Source of the DNA: Bacteroidota bacterium
GTDB taxonomy: Bacteria > Bacteroidota > Bacteroidia > 2-12-FULL-35-15
DNA: 64,000 nt
Assembly (NCBI GenBank): GCA_947449315.1
Contig: CANFRC010000012.1
Coordinates: 5,842 to 69,841, forward strand
Reading direction: 5' to 3'
In this document: piece by piece, positions 1 to 8,860 of the stretch
Layout: every line of letters begins with the position of its first letter
Position numbering within the stretch: position 1 is the first letter of the stretch
Notes under the pieces: model-generated
The model's input: only the letters and a program-made list of their open reading frames with translations
What the model was told of the DNA's origin: nothing
Database searches by the model: none
Translations under genes and position numbers: made by a program

Positions 1-2203
1 AATCAAGCCCACCATTAACCGCGCTTGTTCCTGAAGCAGTACCATTAGCTTTTCCTGTTGAACTTAATGCTCCAGGGTAGGTTGTTGTTTCATCAATATA
101 ATACGTTGTAGTAGTTCCTATTGTTGGGGTTGTATAACTTGTACCTGTTCCTACTGATGATCCACCTGTTGAAGCAGTGTACCAATTGATAGTTCCACCT
201 GAACCAGCAGCACCTAAATTAAATGAAGCAGGGCCAGGACCCGCAGCGCCAGTTCCAGTTGGAGCAGGAGCCGCTAATATAGAAACTACAGCAGGTGTTG
301 CTGTCCAGTTTTGACAAAGACCTGTAGTCGTTAATGAATAAGTACCTGTAGTTGTAGGGCTAATTGATTGTGTTGTTGCAGTGAACCCGCTTGGGCCTGT
401 CCAGCTATATGCTGATGCAGAAGAGCTTGTCAGTGTCAGTGTTCCTGCACATGAATTAGCGCCTGAAGTTGTTACTGTAGGGGTTTCATTCGGATTCAAT
501 ACTGTTGTTACCATTGGAGAAATGTTTGAACAACCCGCAGCACTTGTAACTTGTACGCTGTAGTTTCCAGTAGTTGATGCAACTAAAGAAGATGTTGTTG
601 CTCCATTGGACCATAAATAAGAAGTGTAACCAGATGCAGCATTTAATGTTACTGAACCTGCAGTACAGAATGCGTATGGTCCAGGTATTACGTTCCCCGT
701 AATAGTACATCCCCCTTCAACCACAGTAACAAATTGATCAGCAATCAAGGAACCTAAATTAGTTACAGTTCCGGAAGGCCAAGTAATAGTTGCAGTTGTA
801 ATACTGGTGTTAGCACCTAATCCAAAATGTACTTGTAATGAGTTAGAAGTGCCATATGTTTCTCCAGATCTAACTTCACGAACCTGAGTTCCAAAAGCAC
901 CTGTAATCGTTACTTTAGCACCTATTGCATTTTGATTACTAGCCACACCCGTTAAATCGAAATTGATAAAGTGGTTACTGTTTTTATTGTTCATCCACAA
1001 TACGTCAGCAGTTCCTGTTGGTGTATTATAAACGTTACCATAAGAAGCAACTAAGTCAACAGCTCCATCATGGTTAAGATCTCCAGTTGCAAATGATAAG
1101 AAAGAAGTCATTCCTCCTCCAAAAACACCGCTAACAGATGTATATGTTCCGTCGTGATTGTTATGATACATTACTAACCCAGGACCAGAAATTAATATAT
1201 CTAACCAGCCATCGTTATCAAAATCCTCAACAACCGATTCAATTGCATCAAAAGATGTGGAAAGACCAGAACCTAAAGTTGCATCTGTGAAAACACCAGA
1301 ACCATTGTTTGTAAAAATTTGACTATTTTCTCCGTGATTGGTTTGTAAAACATCCATATCCCCATCATTATCTAAATCCCCAAAACTAGAAGTCCAAGAT
1401 TGTTTGAAATCTCCAACAGGTTCAATGTTTGTTGATGCTGCGCTTTCTGTGAAAACGCCCGCTCCGTTATTTTTGAATAAACGATCTCTTCTTCTTTGAT
1501 CAGTATAACTAGATGTGGATTGACGGCAATGTGCAATGTATAAATCCAAGTCTCCATCGTTATCAATATCCAACCAAACACTTCCGTAGTTTCCAGAATC
1601 GTATGGGTCACCTCCATAAGTCAAACCTGGATTTATATTCGTGTTGATTAAAGTAGTAGTCAAGGCCAATGTGCCTGTATTGTTTTTGTATATTTTCATG
1701 TAATCGTTGTCATCACAAACAGCCAAATCACACCATCCATCGTTATCAAAATCACCAAACGTGATATTTTGAACGAAGTAAGAACCACTTAATGTGGTTG
1801 TAGTTTTAGCTATTGTGCTTCCTGTCCATGATAATTTTACTAAATACATCACTCCGTTTACTCCCGTTGCAACATCTTTCCAGCCGTTGTGATCAACATC
1901 AGCAACAGCCATACCCCAAACATGCGTTCCGGTAGAAGCTGTAATTAATCCTAAATTGTAATGGGTGTAAGTTCCATTTTGGTTTTGCATTTGAACAACC
2001 AAAGTAGATGCCTGATCCATTTTAACAATGTCATCAAGACCATCATTATTAATATCAGCTACTGAAATTGCGCAACCACTATGCGTAGCGGTTGGTGTTA
2101 AGCTGTTCATGTTTGTAAATGCAAATTGTGCATTGGTGCTAAGTGCGCCTAACACACAAACACAAGCAATTGCAAACGATTTGTAAATTGTAGTTTGTTT
2201 CAT
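1..2203 (-). CDS. Secreted FG-GAP/VCBS beta-propeller + ASPIC/UnbV (CRTAC1-like) protein with Ig-like repeats; runs off the window start, probable T9SS cargo
   Basis: Not in the ORF track; translated by hand from ATG at 2203: signal peptide MKQTTIYKSFAIACVCVLGALSTNAQ. Seven Dx(N/D)x(D/N)G Ca-binding motifs (DINNDG, DVDHNG, DFDNDG, DIDNDG, DLDNDG, DFDNDG, DLNHDG). UnbV-like NAIGAKVTI...QVREVRSG...VHFGLG...ITWPSG. Thr/Ser-rich Ig-like segments (YLWSNG, INWYTASTGG). Confidence 0.85.
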   Translation of the reverse strand, partial: MKQTTIYKSFAIACVCVLGALSTNAQFAFTNMNSLTPTATHSGCAISVADINNDGLDDIVKMDQASTLVVQMQNQNGTYTHYNLGLITASTGTHVWGMAVADVDHNGWKDVATGVNGVMYLVKLSWTGSTIAKTTTTLSGSYFVQNITFGDFDNDGWCDLAVCDDNDYMKIYKNNTGTLALTTTLINTNINPGLTYGGDPYDSGNYGSVWLDIDNDGDLDLYIAHCRQSTSSYTDQRRRDRLFKNNGAGVFTESAASTNIEPVGDFKQSWTSSFGDLDNDGDMDVLQTNHGENSQIFTNNGSGVFTDATLGSGLSTSFDAIESVVEDFDNDGWLDILISGPGLVMYHNNHDGTYTSVSGVFGGGMTSFLSFATGDLNHDGAVDLVASYGNVYNTPTGTADVLWMNNKNSNHFINFDLTGVASNQNAIGAKVTITGAFGTQVREVRSGETYGTSNSLQVHFGLGANTSITTATITWPSGTVTNLGSLIADQFVTVVEGGCTITGNVIPGPYAFCTAGSVTLNAASGYTSYLWSNGATTSSLVASTTGNYSVQVTSAAGCSNISPMVTTVLNPNETPTVTTSGANSCAGTLTLTSSSASAYSWTGPSGFTATTQSISPTTTGTYSLTTTGLCQNWTATPAVVSILAAPAPTGTGAAGPGPASFNLGAAGSGGTINWYTASTGGSSVGTGTSYTTPTIGTTTTYYIDETTTYPGALSSTGKANGTASGTSAVNGGLD

Positions 2204-2271
2204 GTTCAGTTTGTTTTGAGTTATTTTGTAATTAGATACTAGTTTAGAGATAGATAAAGAAAATGATTTTT

Positions 2272-4221
2272 TTATGATTTTACAACTTTTCGGTAGATTA
2301 TTTTTGAGCCGGTTGTTATCCTTAAATAGTATATACCAGAAATTTGAGGCAGATAAAGTGTAATGGCTGACTGATAGCCTAAATTGGTTAATTCTGTTAC
2401 CTGTTTACCTTCCGAATTAAATACTTCTATTGATTTAATTAAGGTACCGTATTCTGCCTCAACCGAAACCCTCCCATCTATAGATAAAGTAGGCCATACT
2501 TTTATTTCCGACTTAGAAACAGTACTGATATTGGTTGCCAACAAAATAGAATTCAAACTGTCGGATGCTACTAGAACAGGGCTTTGATCTGCTGCTTGAA
2601 ACATCGTTTTGAAGGTATTTACTTCCGGTGTTGTAAAGGTGAAAAGGTTATCCACCCACTTAGGTGGAACTGATTGGTAATACACTTTTGTTTTTACATT
2701 GATGTTTCCAACGGCTCCCGCAAGCGGTACTGCAAAATGCAGATAGTCGATACCGCTGCCTTCAACAGTGCCTACTTTATTGAAGTCGGGGTCTGTTTCT
2801 GCATCTGCAGAACTTTTTACGGTATCATAAATAGGAGGGGCAGAGGTGAATCCTACAGGAGGAATTCGGTTATCTTTTAATAAGATGGCAGCACGCTCTA
2901 AAATAGAAGTGAAATTTCCATTGACATCACCCGGAACCAATTCGTAAATTTGAGAAACATTGGATTGGTTGATTGTATTGTGATGTGGCTCATGATCGGG
3001 GTTCTCCCCGATTACTCGGTATTGATTATTGAAGATCCCTGATTTAAATACCGTATCATTATTAGCATCGGTCACTACAAATTGAACAACGGCTCTTCGC
3101 GTTGGATATCCGGAAGGGAATTTATGACCTGCTTTATTCTCTATTTTTACTTTGAAAAATGCCGAATCGGAAGTGATGCTTTCTAAGGTAAGTTTAAAGT
3201 TAATCGATTTTGACTGAAGCATTGCTTTGGATGCAGAAATCGTTGAGTCGAAATGATTATCCGGAACGTTAACGCCTAAGGCCATTTTATTGCTTTTGAT
3301 CAAACTTAACATAAAAGAATTTGCGCCTGCAAACACATGTTGATTAAAAGGGGTGCGAGGTGTTAATCCCGTAAATCCATTTGCAATAATAATTGCATCA
3401 GTAACTTGAGGCATGTGACATGTCTGACATTTTATATTATTACCAGGGTAATTCGAATTTTTATATTCATGAAATGTGGCTTGCTCAGTAAAATATCCTC
3501 CTGTTGAAACACCAAAAGTATCCACTGTTTGTGTGATTAAAGTATGGCAGGCTGAACATAATTTCGATTGGTCCATATGAGGGCTGTACGTAGGTGTAAA
3601 ACCTTCATACAATTGCATAGGACCAACAGAAGGTGCGGTGAACGGACCATATTCTACAAGTGATGTATCGAATGGGATGTTACCAGAAAAAGTAAATCCA
3701 ACATTCGGAGAAATCGTATGGCATGCTGCGCAGGATACACCATCCAGACCTAGCGAATCTGTAACGAGTTCAGCTAGGGTATAATGTGTATTGCCATGAA
3801 ATTTAGAAGTAAAACTTCCTAATGGGGCATGGCAATCCAAACATTTATTTTGAAGGTCGCCTGCATGTGCCGGGTTAACGGTTATTTCCTGACTTACTTT
3901 TGCTCTCCAAAAAGGGTCTTTAGCACTCAATGCCATCATAGAACTTTCCCATCTGTCAACAAGATTTACATCTTCACCTGCTTCATTGATATTCGAGTTG
4001 TGTGCTAAATCGTAACCGTGACAACCTCTGCAGCTGGATGAAGGTAAAAAATATTGACCCGCAGTAATGGGTGCCCGTAAAAGTGTGTCTTGATAAGCCT
4101 TTACCTGTTCCATGGTATGGTAAGTATGGGGAGCGTCTTTTGAAGAAGCTGAATTCAAAAATTTAAATCCTATTGCAAAAGAAACAAGAATACAAATAAT
4201 GGTAATTTTTTTTATGCTCAT
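2272..4221 (-). CDS. Pentaheme c-type cytochrome (c554/c552-like multiheme) with C-terminal T9SS type A sorting domain
   Basis: Five CxxCH motifs (CRGCH, CLDCH, CAACH, CSACH, CQTCH), AGHKFPSG motif, N-terminal hydrophobic signal, C-terminus ...IEVFNSEGKQV...SGIYYLRITTGSKIIYRKVVKS. Confidence 0.85.
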   Translation of the reverse strand: MSIKKITIICILVSFAIGFKFLNSASSKDAPHTYHTMEQVKAYQDTLLRAPITAGQYFLPSSSCRGCHGYDLAHNSNINEAGEDVNLVDRWESSMMALSAKDPFWRAKVSQEITVNPAHAGDLQNKCLDCHAPLGSFTSKFHGNTHYTLAELVTDSLGLDGVSCAACHTISPNVGFTFSGNIPFDTSLVEYGPFTAPSVGPMQLYEGFTPTYSPHMDQSKLCSACHTLITQTVDTFGVSTGGYFTEQATFHEYKNSNYPGNNIKCQTCHMPQVTDAIIIANGFTGLTPRTPFNQHVFAGANSFMLSLIKSNKMALGVNVPDNHFDSTISASKAMLQSKSINFKLTLESITSDSAFFKVKIENKAGHKFPSGYPTRRAVVQFVVTDANNDTVFKSGIFNNQYRVIGENPDHEPHHNTINQSNVSQIYELVPGDVNGNFTSILERAAILLKDNRIPPVGFTSAPPIYDTVKSSADAETDPDFNKVGTVEGSGIDYLHFAVPLAGAVGNINVKTKVYYQSVPPKWVDNLFTFTTPEVNTFKTMFQAADQSPVLVASDSLNSILLATNISTVSKSEIKVWPTLSIDGRVSVEAEYGTLIKSIEVFNSEGKQVTELTNLGYQSAITLYLPQISGIYYLRITTGSKIIYRKVVKS

Positions 4222-4247
4222 AAGCTAACGAAGTAGTAGTTCGATAA

Positions 4248-4255
4248 CAAATATA
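4248..4255 (-). promoter_or_regulatory. Bacteroidota -7 promoter element (TATATTTG) upstream of the cytochrome gene
   Basis: Matches TAnnTTTG, 26 nt upstream of the ATG at 4221. Confidence 0.55.
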
Positions 4256-4293
4256 ACTAATTAACATTAAATTAAAAAGGAAAGTGTATTAAG

Positions 4294-4322
4294 AAAAAAG
4301 TCCCGCTTTTAGCGAGACTTTT
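4294..4322 (-). terminator. Intrinsic terminator after dsbD
   Basis: Minus strand AAAAGTCTCGCT-AAA-AGCGGGACTTTTTT: hairpin plus U-tract. Confidence 0.75.
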
Positions 4323-4327
4323 ACTAA

Positions 4328-6445
4328 TTATTTGCCTGTTCGTTTTTTGAATTCTGTAATTGCATCATTCATCCAATTGGCGTATTCTTTAATATCTGGC
4401 TTGTATCCTCTAATAGGAGCGAGAAGTTTTTCATCGTTGTCTAAAAGAACATATAATGGTTGAGCTAACTGCTTATATAATGTCTCTTCAGAATATTTGA
4501 ATTTGTCACCAATAGTAGTTATTTGACGTTTTTCTCCATACCAAAAAACATCCATATAGTCTTTAGGGTCTAATTCCCTTTTATCATCTACATATAAAGA
4601 AACAAGAACAACATCGTTATTTAATTTACTTGTTATTTCAGGATCAGGCCAAACATAATCTTCTGTTTTTCTGCAGTTAGCGCAAGCATGTCCTGTGAAG
4701 TCTACCAATAATGGTTTCCCAACTTTTTTTGCATAAGCTAATGCATGTGCATAATCATTTTTGAATAGTACAATTCCGTTTTTATTTACTTCTATATAAG
4801 CAGCAAATTCTGGGTCAAATGAATTGTTTTGATTTGAATTTGCTGAGCTAGTTGAACCAAATCCATGCGGAGATTCAGAGTATTCAAGTGGCGGAAGTAT
4901 TCCACTGAATAATTTTAATGGAGCACCCCATAATCCTGGTACTAAATAAAGTGTAACTGATAGGAAAAGGGTAGCGATAAAAATTCTGGTTACAGATAAA
5001 TGTTTTATTTCACTGTCGTGTGCTGTTTTAAATCCACCTAGTAAATAGATAGAGGCCAAGCCAAATATAACAACCCATAAAGTGATAAATACTTCTCTTG
5101 TTAAAATACCTAATTGGTAGGTAAGGTCAACGTTAGAAGCAAATTTGAATGCTAATGCAAGTTCAAGAAAACCTAAAACAACTTTTATTGAATTGAGCCA
5201 TCCACCACTTTTAGGCATCGAATTAAGCATTGAAGGGAAAAAGGCAAACAGTCCGAAAGGGAATGCTAGTCCTGTGGAGAATCCAAGCATCGCCCAAAAT
5301 GCTCCAGCTTTATTCCCTGAATTAGAGGCGGCTACCAATGCGTTTGATACCATTGGACCTGTACAAGAAAATGAAATAACCACTAGGGCAAGTGCCATAA
5401 AAAATATTCCTAAAAATCCTCCTCTGTCGCCTTGCGCGTCAATTTTATTTACAAATGAAGAAGGCAGGGTAATTTCAAATGCACCAAGAAATGATGCTGC
5501 AAAAACTAAAAGCAAAATAAAAATCGCCAGGTTGAAAGGAGCACCTGTGGAAAAGGAATTTAGTTTGTTTCCTATAAGCAATCCAAGTACAACAAAAATG
5601 ACGATGATAGAAAAGGAGTATAATAATGCGTTTATTTTACCCTTCGCTTTTGTTTTACTTCTTTTTAAAAAGAAACTTACATTCATTGGAATCAAAGGGA
5701 ATACGCATGGTGTGAACAATGCTAAGAAACCCCATATTAAACCGGTAATAAATATTGACCACCAAGGTTTTCCTTCAATTGCAGTCTCATCATTAGATGT
5801 TGAAAATGTTTTAGCTTTCGAAGTAGATTCAACTTTATTTGATGAATCTACTTTTATTTCTGAAGTTGACTTTTTTGAATTAAAGGCTTTCGCAACAGCT
5901 TCGGAATCGATTGTTAATTGCGTGGCTGCTGTATTTGTTTCAACAGGAACTAATTTTACACCTTTACCAAGGCAATCTGCAGTACCTTTAAATTTGAATT
6001 CAAAAGGTGTAGCAGGAGGAAATATACATTTCTCTTCAGTGCATGTTTGATATTCGTATTTACCTTTTACTGTAATCTCCTTATTCGCATTTAATTTTAT
6101 TTTTTGTTTAAAAACAACTGTTTTTTCAAAATAGGCAACCTCCATTTCAAAAACTTTGTCAAAGGTTTTGATTGGCTTTCCTTCTGTTGGTTTTCCTTCA
6201 GCAGAATAATCAGGGCTTTTATCAATGAAGATATTTGCGGGCATTGGGCCGTCGTCGCCTTTCTTTGTTAACGAGTACACATGCCAGTTTTCTTGAATAG
6301 TGCCTGTGAATTGTAATTCGTATTCACAGTCGCTTAATTTTTTGCTCGATAATTTCCAGGTAACAGGATTATCAATTTGGGCAATGGCATTCGTGAAAAT
6401 AATGCTACCAATAAACAATAAAAACAATTTGAAAATATTCTTCAT
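4328..6445 (-). CDS. dsbD: Thiol:disulfide interchange protein DsbD (N-terminal domain + CcdA-like membrane domain + thioredoxin domain)
   Basis: CTEEKC pair in the N-domain, TPCVFP and SCTGP membrane cysteines, PKSGGWLN motif, DFTGHACANCRK thioredoxin CxxC. Confidence 0.9.
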   Translation of the reverse strand: MKNIFKLFLLFIGSIIFTNAIAQIDNPVTWKLSSKKLSDCEYELQFTGTIQENWHVYSLTKKGDDGPMPANIFIDKSPDYSAEGKPTEGKPIKTFDKVFEMEVAYFEKTVVFKQKIKLNANKEITVKGKYEYQTCTEEKCIFPPATPFEFKFKGTADCLGKGVKLVPVETNTAATQLTIDSEAVAKAFNSKKSTSEIKVDSSNKVESTSKAKTFSTSNDETAIEGKPWWSIFITGLIWGFLALFTPCVFPLIPMNVSFFLKRSKTKAKGKINALLYSFSIIVIFVVLGLLIGNKLNSFSTGAPFNLAIFILLLVFAASFLGAFEITLPSSFVNKIDAQGDRGGFLGIFFMALALVVISFSCTGPMVSNALVAASNSGNKAGAFWAMLGFSTGLAFPFGLFAFFPSMLNSMPKSGGWLNSIKVVLGFLELALAFKFASNVDLTYQLGILTREVFITLWVVIFGLASIYLLGGFKTAHDSEIKHLSVTRIFIATLFLSVTLYLVPGLWGAPLKLFSGILPPLEYSESPHGFGSTSSANSNQNNSFDPEFAAYIEVNKNGIVLFKNDYAHALAYAKKVGKPLLVDFTGHACANCRKTEDYVWPDPEITSKLNNDVVLVSLYVDDKRELDPKDYMDVFWYGEKRQITTIGDKFKYSEETLYKQLAQPLYVLLDNDEKLLAPIRGYKPDIKEYANWMNDAITEFKKRTGK

Positions 6446-6501
6446 AACCTATAATTAAAAATAGAATTAATAATCCTTTTTCTTTGACTTGGTGTAAATA
6501 T

Positions 6502-6535
6502 AAAAAAATAGCCCCAAAATCTAGGGGCTATTTTT
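6502..6535 (-). terminator. Intrinsic terminator after the 98-aa gene
   Basis: AAAAAAATAGCCCC-loop-GGGGCTATTTTT inverted repeat with A/T tails. Confidence 0.7.
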
Positions 6536-6567
6536 ATAGTATTATTAGCAATTGATGTTAATTCATG

Positions 6568-6864
6568 TTAAACCTTCACCTCAAGGATACGATGGATTGG
6601 AATAACAACACCTTGTTTTAAGATCACTCTTTTGTCCGTTACGCCCCATACAGTGGTGTCCACCTGCTTTCTCCCTTCAGTATCCTCGAAAATTATTTTT
6701 ATTTTGTTATGTTCCAGATTTCCTAGTTTTAGGGCTCTTTCTAAATGTATTGCCCGCATTTTTATGTCATCATTGGATTTTAAAACATCCGTATCTGGGA
6801 ATTTTAATCCACTTATGTTTTCTTTATCAATGGAGATCGCTTGTGGTTGAGTATTATTTGTCAT
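6568..6864 (-). CDS. Conserved small hypothetical protein of Bacteroidota
   Basis: 98-aa ORF with its own terminator; LGNLEHNKIKIIFED...TTVWGVTDKRVILKQG pattern recognisable from Bacteroidota hypotheticals. Confidence 0.75.
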   Translation of the reverse strand: MTNNTQPQAISIDKENISGLKFPDTDVLKSNDDIKMRAIHLERALKLGNLEHNKIKIIFEDTEGRKQVDTTVWGVTDKRVILKQGVVIPIHRILEVKV

Positions 6865-6955
6865 GGTGGGAATGATTTATTAATAAATAATATAAATACA
6901 TTCTACTTCTACGATCAAAAATAAATTCAGTTACAAAAAAATCAAAATTGCAGCA

Positions 6956-7492
6956 TCACTGGTTCTTAGGGGTTAAGCAAGTTAAAATGTTGAATAGCTC
7001 ATCTGCTTTTTGACTGCCTATGCGGTATTTGAGCCCGTCTTTGTCTGTAAGTTCCAGGGCATCGTTCCCTTGAGTAAAAAACCGTATTTTATTTTTAAAG
7101 TGTAAGTTATAGACGGGCCGATTCAATAAATATTTGCTGTATTTTACTTTTTTAATTTCTACGATGCTTCCCAGGTCGATCTTCACTTTTCGGGAGGTCC
7201 ATAACCCTTCTAGGATTAGGCTGTTTCCAATAACTTTCGTGTGAATATGCAAAACAAAGATTAACAATAAAGAAAGAAACATTAAAATGATTCCCATCAA
7301 AAAGAACAATTGTCCTGAATCTTCACCAACAGGCGAAGAGGGGATTTCTATTACAGAAACATCTACCGGTTTTGGATTTTCACTCCAATAATATAATATA
7401 AAACAGAACATGGCTAAAACCGTTCGCCAGATGATCGCCCACTTATTATTGCCAATATATTGTTTTTCCTCAAAAAGTATTTCGTCTTGCAT
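6956..7492 (-). CDS. Hypothetical membrane protein (two TM helices + possible bacterial PH-like domain)
   Basis: LFEEKQY start, two hydrophobic stretches, C-terminal YRIGSQKADEL; TAACTTTG promoter box at 7500-7507. Confidence 0.7.
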   Translation of the reverse strand: MQDEILFEEKQYIGNNKWAIIWRTVLAMFCFILYYWSENPKPVDVSVIEIPSSPVGEDSGQLFFLMGIILMFLSLLLIFVLHIHTKVIGNSLILEGLWTSRKVKIDLGSIVEIKKVKYSKYLLNRPVYNLHFKNKIRFFTQGNDALELTDKDGLKYRIGSQKADELFNILTCLTPKNQ

Positions 7493-7512
7493 CTGACTTC
7501 AAAGTTAAACTA

Positions 7513-8847
7513 CTAAACCTGTTCTACAAAATATATTTTCTTTGTTTTTTCAGTTATTTTAAAACGTTCATCAAGCCTTAATCCAATGATCCAAACAATT
7601 TTACCTTTTGAAATCAATAAGTTGGTGTTTTCTTTCTGGAAGAGCGATAATTTTTTGTCTATAAAAAAATCACTTACTTTCTTTTTTCCTTTCATACCCA
7701 ATGGATAAAAGACATCTCCTTTTTCCCATTTCCTGATTTCAAGAGGGAACTGAAGTTTATCGAAGTCGATTTGTGCAATGTTATTAGAAGTTTGCAACTC
7801 GTAGTTAGCAGCGCCTATTTTAAATCCCAGTGTTACCGAATCGTTAGAGAATTTTTTTGCGTTTTTTTTGATCAGATAGTTTACTTCTGACGTTTTATTT
7901 TTTATTTCGGGCGGACGATTTTCTATTAGCAAAAATGCTCTGTCTTTTATCAGTCTGTGTGTGGTAGAAAAAAACTGTTTCCCTGATACACTATCTAATA
8001 CTGAAAGAATCTCTTCAGCAGTGGCTGCATTAAACTGAAAAGGTTTTAAAAATTCATAGAGATAGGTATTGATAGGGCTTAGCTTTTTCAGTTTTTGAAT
8101 AGAAATAGAGACGCCTCCTTTTTCAGTTTTTGAAATTTTTGCAAACGCTTTTGCGATTTCAGAGCGGTATATCAACTCTACGTTTTTTAATCGCTCCATG
8201 TCTTTCGTGATCGTGTTTTCCAGATTAGGATTTAACGCTTTCAGTAAAGGGATTATTTGATGGCGGATTTTATTTCTCGTGTATTTATCAGATGCGTTGC
8301 TGCTGTCCTCTCGGTGTTTTAATTGATTCTTTTTGGCAAAAATTTCAATTTCATTTTTTGTGCTGAATAGAAGTGGTCGAACAATTTTACCATGCTTGGC
8401 TAAGATTCCATGCAATCCTGAAATCCCTGTTCCTCTAATCAGATTGATAAAAAATGTTTCTATAGAATCATCTTGGTGATGGGCGGTTGCGATGTAATTA
8501 TATTCAAATTGTGATCTGATTTCTTCAAACCATTGATATCGTAATTCTCTTGCAGCTAGTTGTATGGATAGTTTCTTCTTTTTAGCAAAAGCGGAGGTGT
8601 CGAATGATATGGAATGGAATTGCACATGGTATTTTTCAGCAAGCTGTTCCACGAAAAGTTCATCCGCATCACTTTCTTTGTTTCGCAATTGAAAATTGCA
8701 GTGGGCTATTCCAAACTTGAATCCTGCATTGTGAAACAACTCACACATGACAATAGAATCGATTCCACCACTCACAGTGAGGAGAATTTTTTCTGTTTTT
8801 TTGAACAGCTTTTCTTTTTGGATATAGGATAGTAATGCTTTTTGCAT
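7513..8847 (-). CDS. tilS: tRNA(Ile)-lysidine synthetase
   Basis: PP-loop SGGIDS, AARELRY, TAHHQDD, EDSSN, RNKIRH, TilS C-terminal domain. Confidence 0.95.
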   Translation of the reverse strand: MQKALLSYIQKEKLFKKTEKILLTVSGGIDSIVMCELFHNAGFKFGIAHCNFQLRNKESDADELFVEQLAEKYHVQFHSISFDTSAFAKKKKLSIQLAARELRYQWFEEIRSQFEYNYIATAHHQDDSIETFFINLIRGTGISGLHGILAKHGKIVRPLLFSTKNEIEIFAKKNQLKHREDSSNASDKYTRNKIRHQIIPLLKALNPNLENTITKDMERLKNVELIYRSEIAKAFAKISKTEKGGVSISIQKLKKLSPINTYLYEFLKPFQFNAATAEEILSVLDSVSGKQFFSTTHRLIKDRAFLLIENRPPEIKNKTSEVNYLIKKNAKKFSNDSVTLGFKIGAANYELQTSNNIAQIDFDKLQFPLEIRKWEKGDVFYPLGMKGKKKVSDFFIDKKLSLFQKENTNLLISKGKIVWIIGLRLDERFKITEKTKKIYFVEQV

Positions 8848-8851
8848 AGCG

Positions 8852-8859
8852 CAAAGATA
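8852..8859 (-). promoter_or_regulatory. -7 promoter element (TATCTTTG) immediately before tilS
   Basis: TAnnTTTG match 4 nt from the ATG. Confidence 0.55.
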
Positions 8860-8860
8860 A

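Noticed and set aside
381-1617. Short ORFs 381-563, 486-710 and 1372-1617
   Set aside because: All overlap the long minus-strand FG-GAP/UnbV gene that the track missed because its stop lies outside the window
5145-6050. 301-aa plus-strand ORF
   Set aside because: Lies wholly antisense to the membrane domain of dsbD with no recognisable motifs; a typical shadow ORF
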